Position numbers and translations under genes: made by a program
Shown here: positions 25,929-39,714 of the stretch, piece by piece
How the letters are laid out: every line of letters begins with the position of its first letter
How positions within the stretch are numbered: position 1 is the first letter of the stretch
The notes under the pieces: model-generated
Databases searched by the model: none
What the model saw: the letters and a program-made list of their open reading frames with translations, nothing else
Told to the model about the DNA's origin: nothing
Source: Callorhinchus milii
Taxonomy: Eukaryota
NCBI RefSeq assembly: GCF_018977255.1
Contig: NW_024704742.1
Coordinates: 133,922,001 to 133,986,000 of the forward strand
Reading direction: 5' to 3'
DNA length: 64,000 bases

Positions 25929-28701
25929 TACGTTTGACCTTTCTACCAAGGGTTAATTATCACGATTGCCTCTCCTTTTCTTGACCTGGAATCTTTCTTT
26001 CACATTCTATCATAAGCCTTGGGAGCGTTGGGTTGATGCCGAGGACCCGATGTAACAAAATAAAAGGAGGATTTTCGTTGTTGGGGGGGTGAAAGGGGGC
26101 GGCCAAAAACAACACATCATCGCCCAGATGACACAGGCAAAGCCAGCTGCTGGAAACTGCACTGTGCTGATAGTATCAGATATTTCACACCGATAACAAC
26201 TGCGAAGCTGGGCTGACTTGGCAAGTCACATAAAATCATCGCCTCGCACATAACACCGAGTTATTTATAATAATAATCCTTGCATTTGATATAGCACCTT
26301 ATCATGTCGTTGAGATGTGTCAAAACGCTTCACAGAATATATTGTGAAGTAGATTGACTGCTTATTTCATGGGCAAAACTCAGCAGCCAATTGCGCACAG
26401 CAGTGCCCCACAACCAGTCGTTGACTGAATGACCAATGTTTTTTTTCGAGGGCTTATTACCCCCAGAAAGCGATCAGCCATTCAACTAATAGCCAGGTTC
26501 CTACTTACTGAATCTACTATGAATCTATCACCCAAGTGTGGGTGAAAATAAATTAATTGAGAATTTTCGTGCAACGAAAAACATTTCTGAACTTGTGGTA
26601 AAATGTTACTCTTCTGGGAAATTTAGCAACTGTGTTGGAGATATTACAGCATTATTTAGTAGATTATGATTTCAGCCTTGACTAACACTCCAGCATAGTG
26701 CCTCTGGAGGTTGCTTGGCAGTAATCAGAGTGGTTACATAGAGTAATCAGCACTCTGAGGGACTATGCTGTGTGAAGGGCGCTCTGAGAAGTTGTTGTCA
26801 TATGGTAACAAGACAGGCCATTTAGCCCAACTATTCTGTGCCAGGGTTTATACTCCACATGAGCCCCGACGCTTCCTAATCCCCTCTCCAATAATATTTA
26901 AAAAATTATTTGGTCACTCAATCCACGAATGTTTGTGGGACTTTGCAGTTCGTAATTGGCTGGCGACACATGTAAATTGTTTCTCTCTACATTTAGGTGT
27001 GTGTGTGAAATGTACGTAACATTTCTGTGGTTCGACAATCTATCTATGGAAGTGCCCGTGTGAATAAAACATTTGGAGAAGCTAGACTAGATGGTTTAAC
27101 TCATGAATGGTTCTTTATATCCTGTTTCTAGTCCTTAACGGTGGATGTAACTCTGTGTAAAATTCCCTTCAATATTCTTCGATGTAAAACAGGCAGAGCA
27201 GCAGACCCAGGTTCACATGTGTCTGAGAGAGAGAGGAGAGAGACAAAGAGACTTGGCAGCAACTTTGAGTAACTCATAATTTTATTTTAAATATACATTA
27301 TATAAAGCTATGTTTACTCAGGAGAAGTAGACCACTGATATATGGGCTCAAACAAGGGAAGGCAAACCTCCCACGCTAACTCACAATCTCCCTGTGGATC
27401 AATCCCTGGCTATGTTTTAACAGTACTAGATAGAGACTTCAGGCACGCTTTTGGGAGATAGAGATATCCTTAACCCCTCTCTGTCTTCAGGTGTCAGCCT
27501 GGCTCGGTCAGTAGCACTCTCGCCTCTAAGGCAAAAGGTTGCAGGTTCAAGCCCCACGTCAAAACATTGAGCTCATAGTCTGGTCAGACACTCCAGTGCA
27601 GTGCTGCATTGATGGAGGTGCCATCCTTCAGTTGAGGTGTTAAACTGAGTTCCATTTTCCCCCCACTCCCCCGACTCAAGCTCCCAGACACCAATGTAAA
27701 GTGTTTTGAGACATCCTCCCAATATGTGTGCCAGTCTGGGACAGTGCTAGCACTACACTTGCCTCTGAGTCAGAAGGGTGAGGGTTGAAGCTCCACTTCG
27801 GGATTTGCAATCACGTAGTCTATGCTCACACCCCAGTGGAGAGCTGGGGGGGTGGGGTGTATTGTTGAAGTGCTGTCCTTTGGCTGTGACTTTAAACCGA
27901 GATCCCATCTGCCTATTCAGGTGTGCATTAATGATTCTGTGACACTATTCGAAAAGAGAAAGGAGGTTCTCCTGGTGTCCTGGCCAACAAAACCCCCAAA
28001 TAAAATTGGTCACTCACTCCATGGTAGTACGTAAACTGGCTATCGCTTTTCTCCCACAGAATACATAGTCAAAAACTCTTTACAGTAATTCCTGTGAAGC
28101 TCTTTAAGATATCTCAACAATGTGATACGGTGATATGTTAAATATAAAGATTAAATATATAAATATAAATTCTATTACATTGTAAGAAAATCGTGTGTAC
28201 TGAAAACACTATATACAAGGATAACTTTCTTTCTTCCTGTAGCTTCAGTGCTTTCCTGGTATGCTGGACGATAAATCTTGGATAAAAATAATCTCCTGAG
28301 GTTTGGGGTGGGGAGTTTGACTGGAAAGCCAAAGCATCTGTTTTCATCAGAATTCAGATAACCAAAGTCTTATTTGAACTGAAGAAAAGGCCCAGCCATT
28401 TGGACTGATATTTTGGATTTGATTAGATTCCATTCTATGCCTCTCATCCTCACTGCCAGGATTTTTCTTCCTGAATGTTTGCACTCCTTGTTGAAAGAGT
28501 AGTGGGATGTAACATCCAACGGGAGATTGAAACCCACATCACAGAGTTCTGGAGCGATTAATCCTTACAGGTCTGTAGCTAGCAACACAAGCATTTATAG
28601 AGCTTGTGTTTTTACAGTGTCTTATCGCAAAATGTCTCAAAGCTTTTTGCTGTAATTGCCAAGTGCCGTACTATTTTTATCGGCAAATGTAGCAGTCATT
28701 T

Positions 28702-29300
28702 CATAGAATCATAGAATTGTACAGCACAGAAGGAGGCTATTTGGCCCAGCATATCTGTGCCGGCTCTTCGAAAAGAGCTATCCAATTCAATCCCACTCCC
28801 CTGCTCTCTCCCCATAGTCCTGCAAACTTGTCCTCCCCAAATAATTATCTACTCTCCTAAAAGTTGTTATCGAATTGGCTTCTACCAGCCTTCCAGGCAA
28901 AGCATTCCAGATCTGAACAACTCGCTGTGTGAAAAAATTTCTCCTCACCTCCCCTTTGTTTCTTTTAATAACTATTTTAAACCAATGTCCTCCGGTTACA
29001 GACCCACCCACCAATGGAAATAGTTTCTCCTTGTTCATCCTATCGAATCCCCTCATAATTTTGAAAACTTCTATTAAGTCTCCTCTTAACTCTCTCTGAT
29101 CCAAGGAGAATAATTCTAGCGCCTCTAGCCTCTCCTGAAAACTGAAGTCCCTCATTACTGGGACCATCCTGGTAAATCTCCTTTGCACCGTCTCCAATGC
29201 CTTGACATCCTTCCTAAAGTGTGGTGCCCAGAACTGAACACAGTCTCTAGCCCAGAACTGAACCAGTTTTATAAAGGTTCATCATAACTTCCTGACTTTT
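28702..29300 (-). mobile_element. CR1-clade LINE 3' fragment
   Basis: ORF 28787-29197 METVQRRFTRMVP...LRGDLIEVFKIMRG...NFFTQRVVQIWNALP; catagaatcatagaat tail. Confidence 0.93.
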
Positions 29301-31270
29301 GTCTGTCTATGTCCATTTGCAGTCTGCTACTTTCCTCCTCACTGTTTACTACTTTTCCTAGTATTTTGATGCAGCAATCAGTGAGGCAAATAACCAATTA
29401 GTCTGAAGAACTCGTTGACCAGGACACTGGGGATACACTCCTTTCTCTTTTCCACTTCTGTCACAGGCACAGCGCCTCTGTTTTCCTAGCAGTAGGTATA
29501 AACCAGGTTATCAGCTGATTGGCGAATTGTGTTTCCGGGGGTAATAAACCCGCCGAAAAAAAAGTGGTCACTCAATCCACGACTATTTATGGGACACTGC
29601 TGTGCGCAATAAGCTGCTGCATTTTGCCCATAAAATACACAGTCAATCCACTTTGATAAGGTGATAAGGTGTTATATCAAATGCAAGGATTATTATCATC
29701 AGCCTAGACTGTAAGCTCAAAGTCTCCGATGCGGGGCTTGAACCCACAAACATCTGATTCACAGGTGAGAGTGCTACCAACTGAGTCACACTATAAACAC
29801 TGGCACAGAGTTCAGGTCACCTGTAGGCATTGGTGGTGCCAGTGGCGGAGGGGAGGGGCTGTAGGGTGAGGAGGGAGGGTGTGTGTGTGTATGTTGGTGG
29901 GGTTCATGCTCCCCCTGCAATCACTTTGATGTCGGCCAAATATGACTCACTTATCTGTACTTTTTTCACGATCTCTTTGCCCCACAGGCTTCCCGCTGAC
30001 TGACTGGCAGCCCAGTCTGCTAGTCAGAGCCATGGTGGGCAGAGGCAGAGAGGTGGACCGATTCTGCCCAAAGTCTGACCCTCGACCACCCCCCACATCC
30101 CACTGCTTCCCCCACCCCAATCCTTCGACCCTAGATCTGCCCCTGCCTGGACATCCAGGAGCTTGGTGTTAAGGCTACTGAAAGGCGGCATCTCTGACAA
30201 CGCAACTTAGAGTGTCAGCCTGGACTATTAGCACAACGTGGGTGGGGGGTGGGGGGGCGACAAACTAGAGATGGAGGAGTAGCTACTCTGTCCACTGACA
30301 TCTTCACATCTACACAATGTAAGAGAAGTGAGAGGAATGAGAAAACATTCACAATTCAAATCAGCTCCTACGAGTAAACTATGATCTGGGTTCCTACTTA
30401 GGCAAACAAGGGATAAACAGAGGTGTGGAGCATGGAAGCTTACTTAAGGAATCGAACCCGGGTCCTCTTGCTTGTGAGGTGCGTGCTCTAACCACTACAC
30501 CACGGGACTTCCAACAATGTGGGGACTTTGCCATGTGCAAATTGGTTGTTGTGTTCACCTACAGAATACATAGTCTGCCTTACAGTAAAATCCTGGATGA
30601 TGGGATAAGGTCCTGTATCAAATGCAAATGTTATCATGTTATTATTACCCCACTTTAAATCCTCTGTTAAAGTTGTGCATCAAGAGAGCCTGCTAATTCC
30701 AAAGGCATTGACCATGTCTAATTGTAATCGGAACATAACAAAACATCATCCCTGGAGTGCATTCAGTCTCCTATTACAGCATTCAATTGTGTTTTGAATG
30801 GTCTCCAAGTATTTGCTTCATAATTTTGCTTATTCCAAAAACTTATTGCTCTTTAAATAGAGACGTTTCTTCCTTTCTTTCTAGCGGCCCTTAGTGAAAA
30901 CATTTTCCATGACTATTCCCCTCTATTAATATACTTTGTTGTAGTACTGCATTAGTTTGTGAGCTGAATATTTGAAAACATTTATAACGCTGCACTGTAA
31001 GAGGTGCCATCCTTTGGATGAGATGCTAAACCGAGTTCCTGGTTGCCTGTTCAGGTGAACATTAAGGATCCCACGCTACTGTTCGAAAAGAGAAGGGAGT
31101 TTCTCTTCTGGTAACCTGGTCGACAATCCCCTAAATACAATTGGTCTTACACTTCATGGCTGTTTATGGGACATTGCTGTGCACAGATTGGCTGCCGTGT
31201 TTGTCCACAAAAAAATCATTAAATTAATCCTTGTATTTGATATATCTCAAAGTGTGTGGGCTCAGAGAAC

Positions 31271-31442
31271 GGGGCTTTAGGGAGGGTGAGGGGTGCTTTG
31301 AGGAAGGTGAGGGGGTCTTTGAGGAGGGTGAGGGGGTCTTTGAGGAGGGTGAGGGGGTGCTTCGAGGAGGGTGAGGGGGGGCTTTGAGGAGGGTGAGGGG
31401 GGACTTTGAGGAGGGTGAGGTAGGGGCTTTGAGGAGGGTGAT
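31271..31442. repeat. G-rich minisatellite, ~21-24-bp unit, ~8 copies
   Basis: Repeats of tttgaggagggtgagggggtc; (GGAG)n follows at ~31505-31560. Confidence 0.9.
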
Positions 31443-31969
31443 AGTTGAGGAGGGAGGAGAAAAAGGTAACTGAAAGTGTAGTCAAAAATGATCTTCAGGG
31501 ACAGAGGGAGGAAAGGAGGGAAGGACGGAGGGAGGGAGGGAGGGAGGGAGGGAGGGAAAGCTAGAGGGAGGAACTCAGATAGAAACGGGAAATATTAACA
31601 ATTATGTAGCGAGGAATGGAAGGAGGACTAAATGCAGAGCTCTTTAAAAGTATTACACGCACACAGTGTTCTGAATGTGTTCCATCTGTGCAGCAAATTC
31701 GCCACCTAGGCCCAGCCCATGACAGCATATTTTGTCTCAACATCTAAGATCGTGCAGGCAGGATGATGAAAAACTCTTAAGAACTGCTGAACGCCACTTT
31801 CAGATCCAGACTGAAGCTGAGAAATTGCCACAATTGCCATGACTGTGTATTTTTTAGGTGAATGCAATAGCCATGAAGTAAATGACCAATTCTATGTGGG
31901 GGATTGTTGGCCAGGACACTGGGAGAGAGAGACTCCCTTCTCTTTATCGAACAGCATCTTTAACGTCCA

Positions 31970-34150
31970 ACAACAACAACAACAACAACAAGATTCCATT
32001 TATAAAGCGCCTTTCACGTCAGGAGGACGTCCCAAGGCGCTGCACAGTTGGGTCAAGACCCGAGCAGGGGGGAAATGGTCAGGGTGAGGGGAGGAAGGGA
32101 GGGAGCGAGGAGGGGGGAAATGGTCAGGGTGAGGGGAGGGAAGGGAGGGAGCGAGGAGGGGGAAGAGAGTCGAGAGGGGAGCTGAAGGCTCGGTCAAAGA
32201 GAAAGGTTTTGAGACCGGCCTTGAAGGAGGAGAGGGAGGAAGCGGCGAAGGCACTGAGGGATGGAGTTCCAGAGCCTGGGGCTGAGAGGCTGAAGGCCCG
32301 ACCACCGATGGTAGGGCGGTTGGGGCGGGGGACGTGGAGCAGACCGGAGCCAGAGGAACGGAGGGTACGGGCAGGTAGGTAGGGGGATAGTAGGTCAGAG
32401 AGGTAGGAGGGAGCAAGGCCGTGAATGGCCTTGTAGGTGAGGATGAGGATCTTGAAATCAATCCTCTGGGGGATGGGGAGCCAGTGGAGGCGAGCGAGGG
32501 TGGGAGTGATGTGGTCCCGAAGCCTGGTGCGGGACAGTACACGAGCTGCAGAGTTCTGAATGACCTGCAGCTTGTGGAGGGAGGTGGCGGGAAGGCCGGC
32601 GAGGAGAGAGTTCCCATAGTCCAGCCTTGAGGTGACAAAGGCGTGGACCAGGGTTTCAGCAGCGTGAGGGGTGAGGTAGTGCCGTAGTCTGGCGATGTTC
32701 CGGAGGTGATGGAAGGCGGTGCCAGTTGTGGTGCGGATGTGAGGGAGAAAGGACAGCTCAGGGTCGAACAAAACGCCGAGGTTCCTGACGGGCTTTGAGA
32801 GGTGGAGAGTGCAGCCTTGGATGCTGATGGTGTCAGCGCCTGAGGTGCGGAGGCGCTGACGTGAGCCAATCAGGAGGGCCTCGGTTTTTCGCACGTTGAG
32901 CTGAAGAAAGTTGTCTCTCGTCCAGGACTCGATGTCGGACAGGCAGCTGTCAGGACATCGGTGGTCGTGGAGTTGAGAGTAGAGGAGGAAAGGTAGAGTT
33001 GGGTGTCATCCGCATACATGTGGAAGTTAACTCCATGTCTGCGGATGATGTCACCAAGGGGGAGCATATAGAGGGTGAAGAGGAGGGGACCGAGGACAGA
33101 GCCCTGAGGGACACCACATGAGACAGTGCGGGGGGTGGAGGAGAAGCCATTTGTCGAGACAAAGTGAAGACGGTGAGAAAGGTACGACCTAAACCACTCA
33201 AGGACAGTGCCTTGAAGGTTGAGGTGGGAGGACAAGCGGTGGAGTAGGATAGCGTGGTCGACCGTATCGAATGCTGCCGATAGGTCGAGGAGGCAGAGGG
33301 AGCCCTGGTCACAGATGGTCAGGATATCATTGGTGACCTTGACCAGGGCAGTTTCTGTGCTATGGGCAGCACGGAAACCTGACTGAAGGGGTTCGAAAAG
33401 TGAATGGGTGGAAAGGAAAGAGCGCAGTTGGGAGGCGACAACTCTTTCCAGGACCTTGGAGAGAAAGGGGAGGTTGGAGATGGGCCGGTAGCTTGATAGC
33501 TGCGACGCATCAAGGGAGGGTTTTTTCAGGGTGGGCGTGATGGTGGCAGTTTTTAAGGGAATGGGGACAGAGCCAGAGGAGAGGGACAGGTTGATGATGT
33601 GATATGTGGGGCAAGAAAGTGGAGCTGGGAGATAAGGAGTGGAGTGGGGATGGGGTCAAGGGAGCAGGTGGTTGGTTTCAGGGATAGGATGAGTTTGGTG
33701 ACAGAGGGTGGGGAAACGGGTACAAAAGTGAGTAGGGGAGGATGGGTAGCAGTCGGAGTGTGGGAGTGAGGGGGTGGGGGGTTGGTGGATGTTGGAGGGG
33801 AAGTGACCGCGGAGCGAATTCCCTTGATCTTGGATTCAAGGAAATCCAGCATCTCCTCGCAGTGAAGGTTGGAGGAGATGACCTGCGCGGGGTGGCGGGG
33901 GGGACGGAGGAGTCGGGTTGTGGTGGAAAACAGTAGCCTGGGGTTGTTCTTCGCCTCCAGGATTATCCTGGAGTAGAAGGACGACTTGGCCGAGGCTAGA
34001 GTGGAGCGGTAAATTTTGAGGAGGTCCAGCCAGATTTGTCGGTGGACCGTTAGGCCAGAATTGACACAGGTGCGTTCAGCAGCCCGCACCTGGCTTTTCA
34101 GTGAGCGGAGGTGGGCGGTGTACCAGGGGGAGGAGCGGGAGTAGGAGACA
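31970..34150 (-). mobile_element. Young L2-clade LINE, 5'-truncated (~2.2 kb, RT domain), inserted in a Deu-type SINE with a 5-bp target-site duplication
   Basis: [54 protein letters not shown]; (CAA)n tail; GTCCA at 31965-31969 and 34151-34155; the host SINE resumes after 34155. Confidence 0.96.
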
Positions 34151-34729
34151 GTCCACCCAAACTGGAAGGAACGATCTTGGCTTAACATCTCATCTGAAGC
34201 ACAATATCTCTGTGAGCTCAGTGGTGCGATGTGGGGCTTGAACCCACAACCTCTGGCTCAGAGGTGAGAGTGCTACCGAATTTGCCAGGTCACCACACTA
34301 CGGAGGGGGCAGTGGGAGGAGAGGAACCGAGTGGAAAACCCTACGTGGGGTAGAGAATGCTCCTTACATATAATCCCATATTTACTTGTTAATGCAGTTT
34401 GTGGGCATCGTCTAAACTTAGGCATTCCATGTTAACCGCAAACCAATTCCCTGGAGTGCTGTCTAAACATCTGGTTTTAAGTCAGCTCCATCGGTGCAGT
34501 TGTAATAATTTATCCACTTGATTTTGTTATTAATTCCAACCGTCTCAGGAGATGATCCCACTTTCCCTTGGCTTTCATCTGCTTTGTTTCTAATTATAGC
34601 GAAATGTTTCACACCAGCCAATAAGTTAATTCAACTCAGAGGCAAGCTGCAGGACATAGGTGCTTTTTTCTTTGCGTGTGTTTCTGGGTTGGCTACGGCA
34701 CAAGCCCTGGGTTTTGCTTTTCGCAGTTT

Positions 34730-35095
34730 ATAAATTCAATTTCAAGATCCTCTCATTCATCTACAAATCCCTTCATGCCCTGACTCCTCCCTACCTTTCT
34801 GATCTGCTTTCTCCCTATCCACTCCACTACCAGCTGGCCCTGCCCTCCTGCTTGTTCCTTGTCCCCTCCGCTCCACAATCAGCAGTCGGGCTTTCAGCCA
34901 CTATGCACTAAAGCTTTGGAACTCTCTCCCTCAATGCCTCCGCCTTGCCCCCTCCTTTAGATCACGACTGAAGACCTTCTTCTTCGACTGTGCTTACGGT
35001 CACCTCCTTCCGACTCGGTGTCAGACTCCGCTACTATTAAGCTCTCCGAGACGCTATCCCAAGTGAAGGGCGCTATATAAATGCAAGATGTTGTA
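34730..35095 (+). mobile_element. L2 3' fragment (second subfamily)
   Basis: FKILSFIYKSLHALTPPYLSDLL; tail like 21435-21825. Confidence 0.8.
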
Positions 35096-35684
35096 ATAAA
35101 GATGCCAGTGCTGTTAGCAAAACCACTGTGCTATTGGCTGTGATGTGCTAAATGGAAGGAAGAGCAGATCTGGATACTCTTGAGATGTTACCAGTAACTG
35201 TTCACGTCCTCACAAGATCACAAGATTGTTTCTGGTGAAGAAGGCCCCTTCGACTCATTTGATGTCAACCTTCCTGAACACCCATAATGCCATCCTCTCA
35301 TCACACAGTCAAGATGTTTTTAAATGAGTCCTGGCCTAAAGCACCCTTCCTGATAACCGTGTTCCGGTCATTATTTACCCTCTGCGTAAAGAAATACTTC
35401 CTGGTGTCTATCCTGAAATTGCTCTTTACAACCTTGAACCTATGTCCTTCTGTTCTACTGTCTTAGCACATCCATAGGCACATAGGAACATGGGAATTGC
35501 GAGACAAAATATACCAAGGTCCATCTAGTCCCCCTTCTACCACCCTGGTAGCCAGATTCTACAATAATGGAGACGTTGATAGTTATTAATTCTCTATAGA
35601 TTAGTCTACAACATGGTGGAAGGCTTTGGGAACCTTAGATCCAAAGCTCCCTGGTTCTTCCATTCATATTACACTTACAAATAC

Positions 35685-35998
35685 AATAATAATAATTATC
35701 CTTGCATTTGATATACCGCTTTTCATATCTTCTAGACGTCTCAAAGCACTTGATAGAATAGACGGTAAAATGAATTGACTGTATATTTGTGGGCGAAATG
35801 CGGCAGCCAATTGCGACAGCAGTGTCCCGCAAACAGTCGTAGATTGAAATGACCAATTTATTATTTTCTTTTTTTGAGGGATTATTATCAGGCATGTGGA
35901 GTAAGGAAACTTGCCCAAGGTTTCACCCTGAAAGGAATTGAACCCAGGTCTCTCACTCACAAAGTGAGTGCTCTAACCACTGAGCTACAGGGATCCAC
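35685..35998 (-). mobile_element. tRNA-headed SINE, short form
   Basis: Reverse complement of 16199-16525. Confidence 0.88.
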
Positions 35999-35999
35999 G

Positions 36000-37385
36000 A
36001 ATACAAAGTTACAATACAAAATTTCATTTGTAAAGTGCCTTTCACGTCAGGAGGACGTCCCAAGGCGCTGAACAGTCAGGGTCATTAGGACCCGACTGAG
36101 GGTGGAGGGTTGGAATCAGGGAGGATGGAGGGCAGAGAGGGTAGGAGGGTCACTGAAGGCACTGTCAAAGAGAAGGGTATTGATGCATGCCTTGAAAGAG
36201 GCAACGGAGGGAACAAAGTAAAGGGAATGTGGGATGGAGTTCCAAAGGGATGGGGACAGAGAGGCTGAAGGCCTGATTGCGAATGGTGGGCTGGGCCAGG
36301 CAGGGAACTTGGAGCAGCCGGAGCCTCCTGAATGGAAAGAGTGGGCAGGTTTCTAAGGGGTTAGCAGGTCAGAGAGGTAGGAGGGGACAAGGCCATGGAG
36401 GCCCTTGAAGGTGAGGAAGAAGATTTTGAACTCGATCATCTGAGGGATGGGGAGCCAATGGAACCAGGCAAGGGTGGGTATGATGGGGCCTGGTGCCGAA
36501 GAGGACACGAACTGCAGAGCTCTGGATGATCTGCAACTTATGGAGGAAAAGTTGGGAAGGCCAACAAGCAGGGTTGAGCCTAGTGGTAATGAAGGCATGT
36601 ATGAGGGTTTCAGCAGCCTGAGGGGTGAGACAGTGGTGGAATCGGGCAATATTGCGGAGGTTGGGGAAGGAAGAACGGGTCATGGCACCGATGTAGGGGA
36701 GAAGGGACAGTTGAAGGTCAAACAAGATGCCTAGGTTCCTGACTGGCTCGGTGAGGTGGAGTGTGCATCTATGGATGCTGATGCTGCCAGTGCTTGCGAT
36801 GCGGAGATTCTGGCGCGAGCCAATCAGGAGGGCCTCGATCTTGCTGACTTTCAACTCTAAAAAGTTGGTTCTCATCCAGGACTTGATGTCTGACAGACAT
36901 TCAGTCAGGACAGCAGTGGTCCTGGAGGCAAGGATGGAGGCAGAGAAATAGAGTTAGGTGTCATCTGCATACATGTGGAAGTTGACTCCATGTCTGCGGA
37001 TGATGTCACCAAGAGGGAGCATTACAGATTGAAGAATAGAGGACCGAGGGCAGAGCCCTGAGGAACACCACACAATACGGTGCAGAAACTGGAGGAGAAA
37101 CAGTTTGTGGATACAAAGTGGAGCCAGTGTCAGAGATAAGATCTGAACCATTCAAGGATAGAACCTTAAAGGTTAAGGTGAGAGGAGAGGTGGCAAGGGA
37201 AGATAGAGTGGTCCAAAGTGTCAAAGGTAGCAGATAGGTCGAGGAGGATGGAGAGACAGAGGGATCCCTGGTCAGAAATGGAGAGAAAGTCATTTGTCAC
37301 AATTCTTTCAAGGACCTTGGAAAGGAAGGGGAGGTTTGAGATGGAACGGTAGTTTGTGAGCAGGGATGAGTCCAGGGATGATGAC
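36000..37385 (-). mobile_element. L2-clade LINE, 5'-truncated and degraded
   Basis: [52 protein letters not shown]; (TACAA)n tail. Confidence 0.93.
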
Positions 37386-37782
37386 AGTAAGTAGGAACCC
37401 ACTTGTTGGTCAATTGGCAGATTGCTTTCCTGTGGGTAATAATACCTCCACAATTATAATAATAATTTGGTCACTCAATCCACGTCTTTTGTGAGATACT
37501 GCTGTGGGCAATTGGCTGGCACGTTTCACCCGCAAAATACACAGTCACTACCTTTGACAGTGTATCCTGTGAAGAGCTTTGAGATGTCTCGAAGACATGG
37601 TAAGGCGCTGTATCAAATGCAAGGATTATTATTATATTCTGTGAAGCGCCTTGGGACGTCCTCTCGACGTGAAAGGCGCTATACAAATGTAATTTTGTTG
37701 TTGTTGTTGGACGTTTGTGGGACTTTGCTGTGCGCAAATTGGCTTCTGCATGTAATTTTGCTGTTGTTGTTAGATCTCTTTC

Positions 37783-38097
37783 AACAACAACAACAACAAC
37801 AAGATTCCATTTATAGAGCGCCTTTCACGTCAGGAGGACGTCCCAAGGCGCTGCACAGTTGGGTCATGACCCGAGCAGGGGGGGAAATGGTCAGGGTGAG
37901 GGGAGGGAAGGGAGGGAGAGAGGAGGGGGGAAATGGTCAGGGTGAGGGAGGGAAGGGAGGGAGCGAGGAGGAGGAAGAGAGACGAGAGGGGAGCTGAAGG
38001 CACGGTCAAAGAGAAAGGTTTTGAGACCGGCCTTGAAGGAGGAAAGGGAGGAAGCAAGGCGAAGGCACTGGGGGATGGAGTTCCAGAGCCTGGGGGC
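37783..38097 (-). mobile_element. Young L2 3' end, same subfamily as 31970-34150
   Basis: (CAA)n gattccatttatagagcgcctttcacgtcaggaggacgtcccaaggcgc; near-identical to 31970-32280. Confidence 0.9.
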
Positions 38098-39714
38098 TTT
38101 CAGCTTCTTACTTGTCAAGCTCTATTCCATCCAAGTCTCAGTTGGTAGCAGTCTTGCCTCTGAGTCAGAAGCTTGTGGGTTCACGCTCAACATTAGAACT
38201 TTGAACTCATAAGTCGAGGCTGACGCTCCAGTGCCGCCCTTTGGACTCCATGGTCTTGGTCCCTCCTACCTCTCCAACCTCCTAACCTCCACCACCCTGT
38301 TCACTTCCTCCGCTCGGCGGGCTCCAGCCTGCTTCACGTTCCCCGCCTTCCTCACCCCACTATTGGCTGTGGGCTTTCGGGCACTCTGCATCCACCCTCT
38401 GGAACTCAATCCCGCCATCCCTCCGTCTCGCCACCTCCCTCGCCACCAGGACTCACCTCAAGACCCTCTTCAACCGTGCTTTCGATCTCCCTACTTCCCC
38501 ACCTGCCTTCCCCCCTCCCCTACCCCGACCCTCAGCTCGGGTCCAAAACTCTGTCCAGCGCCTTGGGACGTCCTCCCGACATGAAAGGTGCTATACAAAT
38601 GTAATTTTGTTGTTGTTGTTGGACATTTGTGGGACTTTGCTGTGTGCAGATTGGCTGCCGCATTCACCTACAGAAATACACAGTCACTACACTTTACAGT
38701 AAATCCTATCAAGCACTTTGAGATCTCATGAGGTGGAAGATGCTGTATCAAATGCAAGGATTATTATTATAGAAGTCACTGAAATGTGTAGTGACTGTGT
38801 GCTTGTTTCCTGTGAGTTTATTTCCTCAGTCCTAGCACAAACTTCCTGAGGCACTCAATATTAATAGTGATTTTCGGCACATACTGCAAATTTAACCTCG
38901 ACATTCATCTCCTCATCCGCCTTGTGTCACCTCCTGCCCTCTTTTGGCTATAAATTGGAGAAGGAGCTTGACTCAAGATGATCATAGAGGTTTCCACAGC
39001 TATTAAGAACCTTATTGATCCTCACATGGGCACTTATTAATAAAAAAAACCTTGCATTTGATACAGCACCTCACCAAATCATCAAAATGGATTAACACAC
39101 TTCATAGGATTTACTGTTAAGTATAATGACAACCACAACAACAAAAAATTACATTTGTACAGAACGTATGGAGGACATCCCAAGGCGATGATTGTATATA
39201 TTGTAGGTGCCTCATCCAGAGGAAAGCACCTCTGAGAATAATAATAATCCTTCTTTGATATAGCACCTTATGATGTCTTCAGGATGTCTCAAAGCGCATC
39301 ACAGAATATACTGAAAAGTGAATAGTCTGTATATTGCGGGTGAAATAACACCAGCAGTGTTTACTTAGTAGCTTATTGGGGAGTAATGTGTGCGAAAACT
39401 AAATCCTCCCCTCAGTTACACAAGGTCAGTTTAAGGTAGTGACGCCAGTGGCCTGTGCAGTGTGACCTGCAAGAAAGCACAGCAGCCCAAAAGCCGTTCA
39501 GTGGCAACAGTTTATGAAAACAAATACGCGCCCCGGGCAGTAACACTTCCAAATAGATTGGGTTTCAAAAGCCCCTGGACATACTCAGGCAGTTGGACTG
39601 AGTTGTCAGGTGCAATTTGGATCATAAAAGATGTCAACACAAAGATTAATGAAGGCCATTTATTGGTATTTCAGGGTACAGAAAGATTAATGTTGGTTGA
39701 TTGTTTGGTTGATT

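Noticed and set aside
32124..34188. Functional reverse transcriptase gene
   Set aside because: 5'-truncated (no endonuclease or ORF1) and frameshifted L2 copy.
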